The notes beneath the pieces were generated by a model that worked only from the letters and a program-made list of their open reading frames with translations, was not told the DNA's origin and made no database searches. 64,000 bases of DNA, from positions 4,898,001 to 4,962,000 of the forward strand of contig NC_047030.1 of NCBI RefSeq assembly GCF_902652985.1. Direction: 5' to 3'. Shown piece after piece: positions 61,701 through 64,000 of the stretch (position 1 is its first letter; every line of letters starts with the position of its first letter). Both the position numbers and the translations under genes were made by a program. Origin of the DNA: Pecten maximus. Its lineage: Eukaryota.

Positions 61701-62416
61701 TGGGTCAGTATAGAGGAATGTTTATCTTGTGGTTACTATAGACGAATGTTTATCTTTGGGTCTCTAAAGACGAATGTGTATCTTGGGGACACTTTAGACG
61801 AATGTTTATCTTGGTGTCACTATAGAAGAATGTTTATCTTGGGGTCACTATAGGCGAATGTTTATCTTGTTCACTTTAGACGAATGTTTATCTTGGGGTC
61901 ACTATAGGCGAATGTTTATCTTGTTCACTATAGACGAATGTTTATCTTGGTCACTATAGACGAATGTTTATCTTGGATTCACCATAGACGAATGTTTATC
62001 TTGGTTGCTATAGACGAATGTTTATCTTGGGGTCACTATCGGCGAATGTTTATCTTGGGGTCACTATAGACAAATGTTTATCTTTTGGTCAGTATTCGCG
62101 AATGATTATCTTTGGGTCAGTATAGAGGAATGTTTATCTTGGGGTCTCAATAGACGATTGTTTATTTTAGGGCCAGTATAGGTGAATGTTTATCTTGGGA
62201 TCACTCTAGACGAATGTTTATCTTGGTGTCACTTTAGACGAATGTTTATCCTGGGGTCACTATAGACGAATGTTTATCTTGGGGTCACTATATATATAGA
62301 CGAATGTTTATCTTGGGATCACTATAGACGAATGTTTATCTTGGGGTCACTATAGACGAATGTTTATCTTGGGGTCACTATAGACGAATGTTTATCTTGA
62401 GGTCACTATAGACGAG
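58743..62416. repeat. 28-bp satellite-like array, about 130 copies, with higher-order duplications
   Basis: Unit ACTATAGACGAATGTTTATCTTGGGGTC. Confidence 0.98.
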
Positions 62417-64000
62417 GTTACCTTGTCTAAACAAATTTCAGATATTGCACATGTATTTCAAAAGATATTGCTGATAATATTTTCTAAATGAGACGCATTC
62501 AACCTTTCTTGATTAAATTATCTTGTCTCACTTATTTCAATTGCTTAATTAACCCCATTTTGACAACTCCTTTTATATCTTGGGAAATGCCTCGCAAAAC
62601 AACATTGAAAATATGTAAAAACTGCAAAAACTGACAAAAAAAGCTGATAGTGTTATTTTAAAGGATGCCCTTTTACATTTCTTCGCTAGCTATATTTACC
62701 AAACTTAAATGGTCGCCGAATTACTAACCGCCACTCTGTTTTATGTATAATGTCCTGAACAATCTATCTTCAGAGTTCTTTTGCAACTTATATCCAAAAA
62801 CTACATGGCAGTCAGCAAAGAAAGAATTTTATATTTACCGTCACATGTTTTGGCCGTTAATAGGACGTTAAACAAAACAAACCACAGCCCATGCTGGTAG
62901 GCATCCCTGAACAACACCCCCACTCCGACCAACCCCCATTTATCCCTTCCTATACCTTAGTTTGATTATGATAATTTGCCATTGCATAAATATCTTACCA
63001 AATGTTTTCGACATTACAGAAAAAAACAACTGTTACAAAAATAAACCCTATTTAATTTAACGAATGCTTTATATATGACATCCTTTTCTCTAACTTCAGA
63101 TCCCATTTTGAGGACTAATTCGATATGGATTCATATGAAGAGGCGACGATGAGCATGGCCGCAAATGCCGTCTTGTCTCGACGTCAAGGTGGCAGTCACC
63201 GGAAGCGGACAATGGGACGTTACGCTACAGTAGACAATCAAAGTAGCGATTCCATCAATAATCGCCAATGGTCTTTACTGGTAGACAAGTCGACACAAGT
63301 GGTAATAACACGAAGTGATCAATCAGATCCTCTATTTCTATATACATTATTCCGCTACCTCACTCTCAGACTATTGGTTTTGCTCACGACCATTAGTCAA
63401 AGGTCGATTATATACACCATAATCGATCTTGACTCATAGTGTGCTAAACACTTATGATCAGACAGTGTTAATATTAGCACGTTCTATTAAATGCTGTTGT
63501 AACGCAACACCCCTGTTCCCATTTCTAAACATAACTAATGCATCCTCGCTCTTTTTGATGTAAAACGGACCATATTCTCGGCAAAACGCCATTTTCTATT
63601 AATATTTAGCAGTCAAGAGCGCTGTTCCTTACAAGACACATTGTCGCCACAAAGAGCGAGAAATCAAACCGCACCAAAGCGCTTATAAAGAATACAAAAC
63701 GATGCGTTTTGCGTACAAAAAAAAATATAGACCGACCCTATCAATTAACAAAGTTCGATATTACACACTTTGGTAAACATAAGATTCTCCTGCTGCTTAT
63801 AGTGATGTCTCATAACAGATACTTTACGTGGAAGAGGACACTGGCTTATTGCAAGTAATGTATTTTCAAGTACATCTTTTGTATAATTACAGGATTCCCG
63901 TCGACAGGAAGTTGAGGCAGACTATATGAAGAAGAAGACAATTTTACAGGGAATGTTGCTCCTAGTGCTTCTCATACATACCACAACCAATCTGCGCCTT

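Noticed and set aside
35525-62416. CRISPR-sized repeat units (37, 28, 23 bp)
   Set aside because: Head-to-tail units with no unique spacers, no cas genes, and a eukaryotic context.
58743-62416. CACTATAG in each unit resembles the end of T7/SP6 promoters
   Set aside because: Only 8 nt match and the upstream recognition region is absent; coincidence.

Overview
AT-rich, intron-containing metazoan genomic DNA, not prokaryotic. The repeat types (Helentron-associated HINE-like elements, V/Meta/CORE-type SINEs, long intronic minisatellites) suggest a bivalve mollusc, possibly a scallop; this is inference. Three complete genes were reconstructed by hand with GT-AG sites and consistent phases. XXYLT1 is on the - strand (2 coding exons, 374 aa). 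MIIP is on the + strand (7 coding exons, 592 aa), head-to-head with XXYLT1. EXOSC10/Rrp6 is on the - strand (22 coding exons, 852 aa), tail-to-tail with MIIP. The remainder is transposon debris (mariner MITE pair, HINEs, SINEs, LINE RT relic) and about nine tandem arrays. Notable points: (i) one EXOSC10 intron holds about 97 tandem copies of a CAG|GTATGA donor/ratchet-like motif followed by about 19 tandem copies of the real splice acceptor; (ii) a mariner deletion derivative has inverted telomeric TTAGGG repeats at both internal deletion junctions; (iii) the gene trio appears to reunite the human 1p36/3q29 paralogon; (iv) this MIIP lacks the cysteine pairs recalled for vertebrate MIIP; (v) there is a degenerate hammerhead-ribozyme-like motif. 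No CRISPR array, rRNA or intact tRNA was found.
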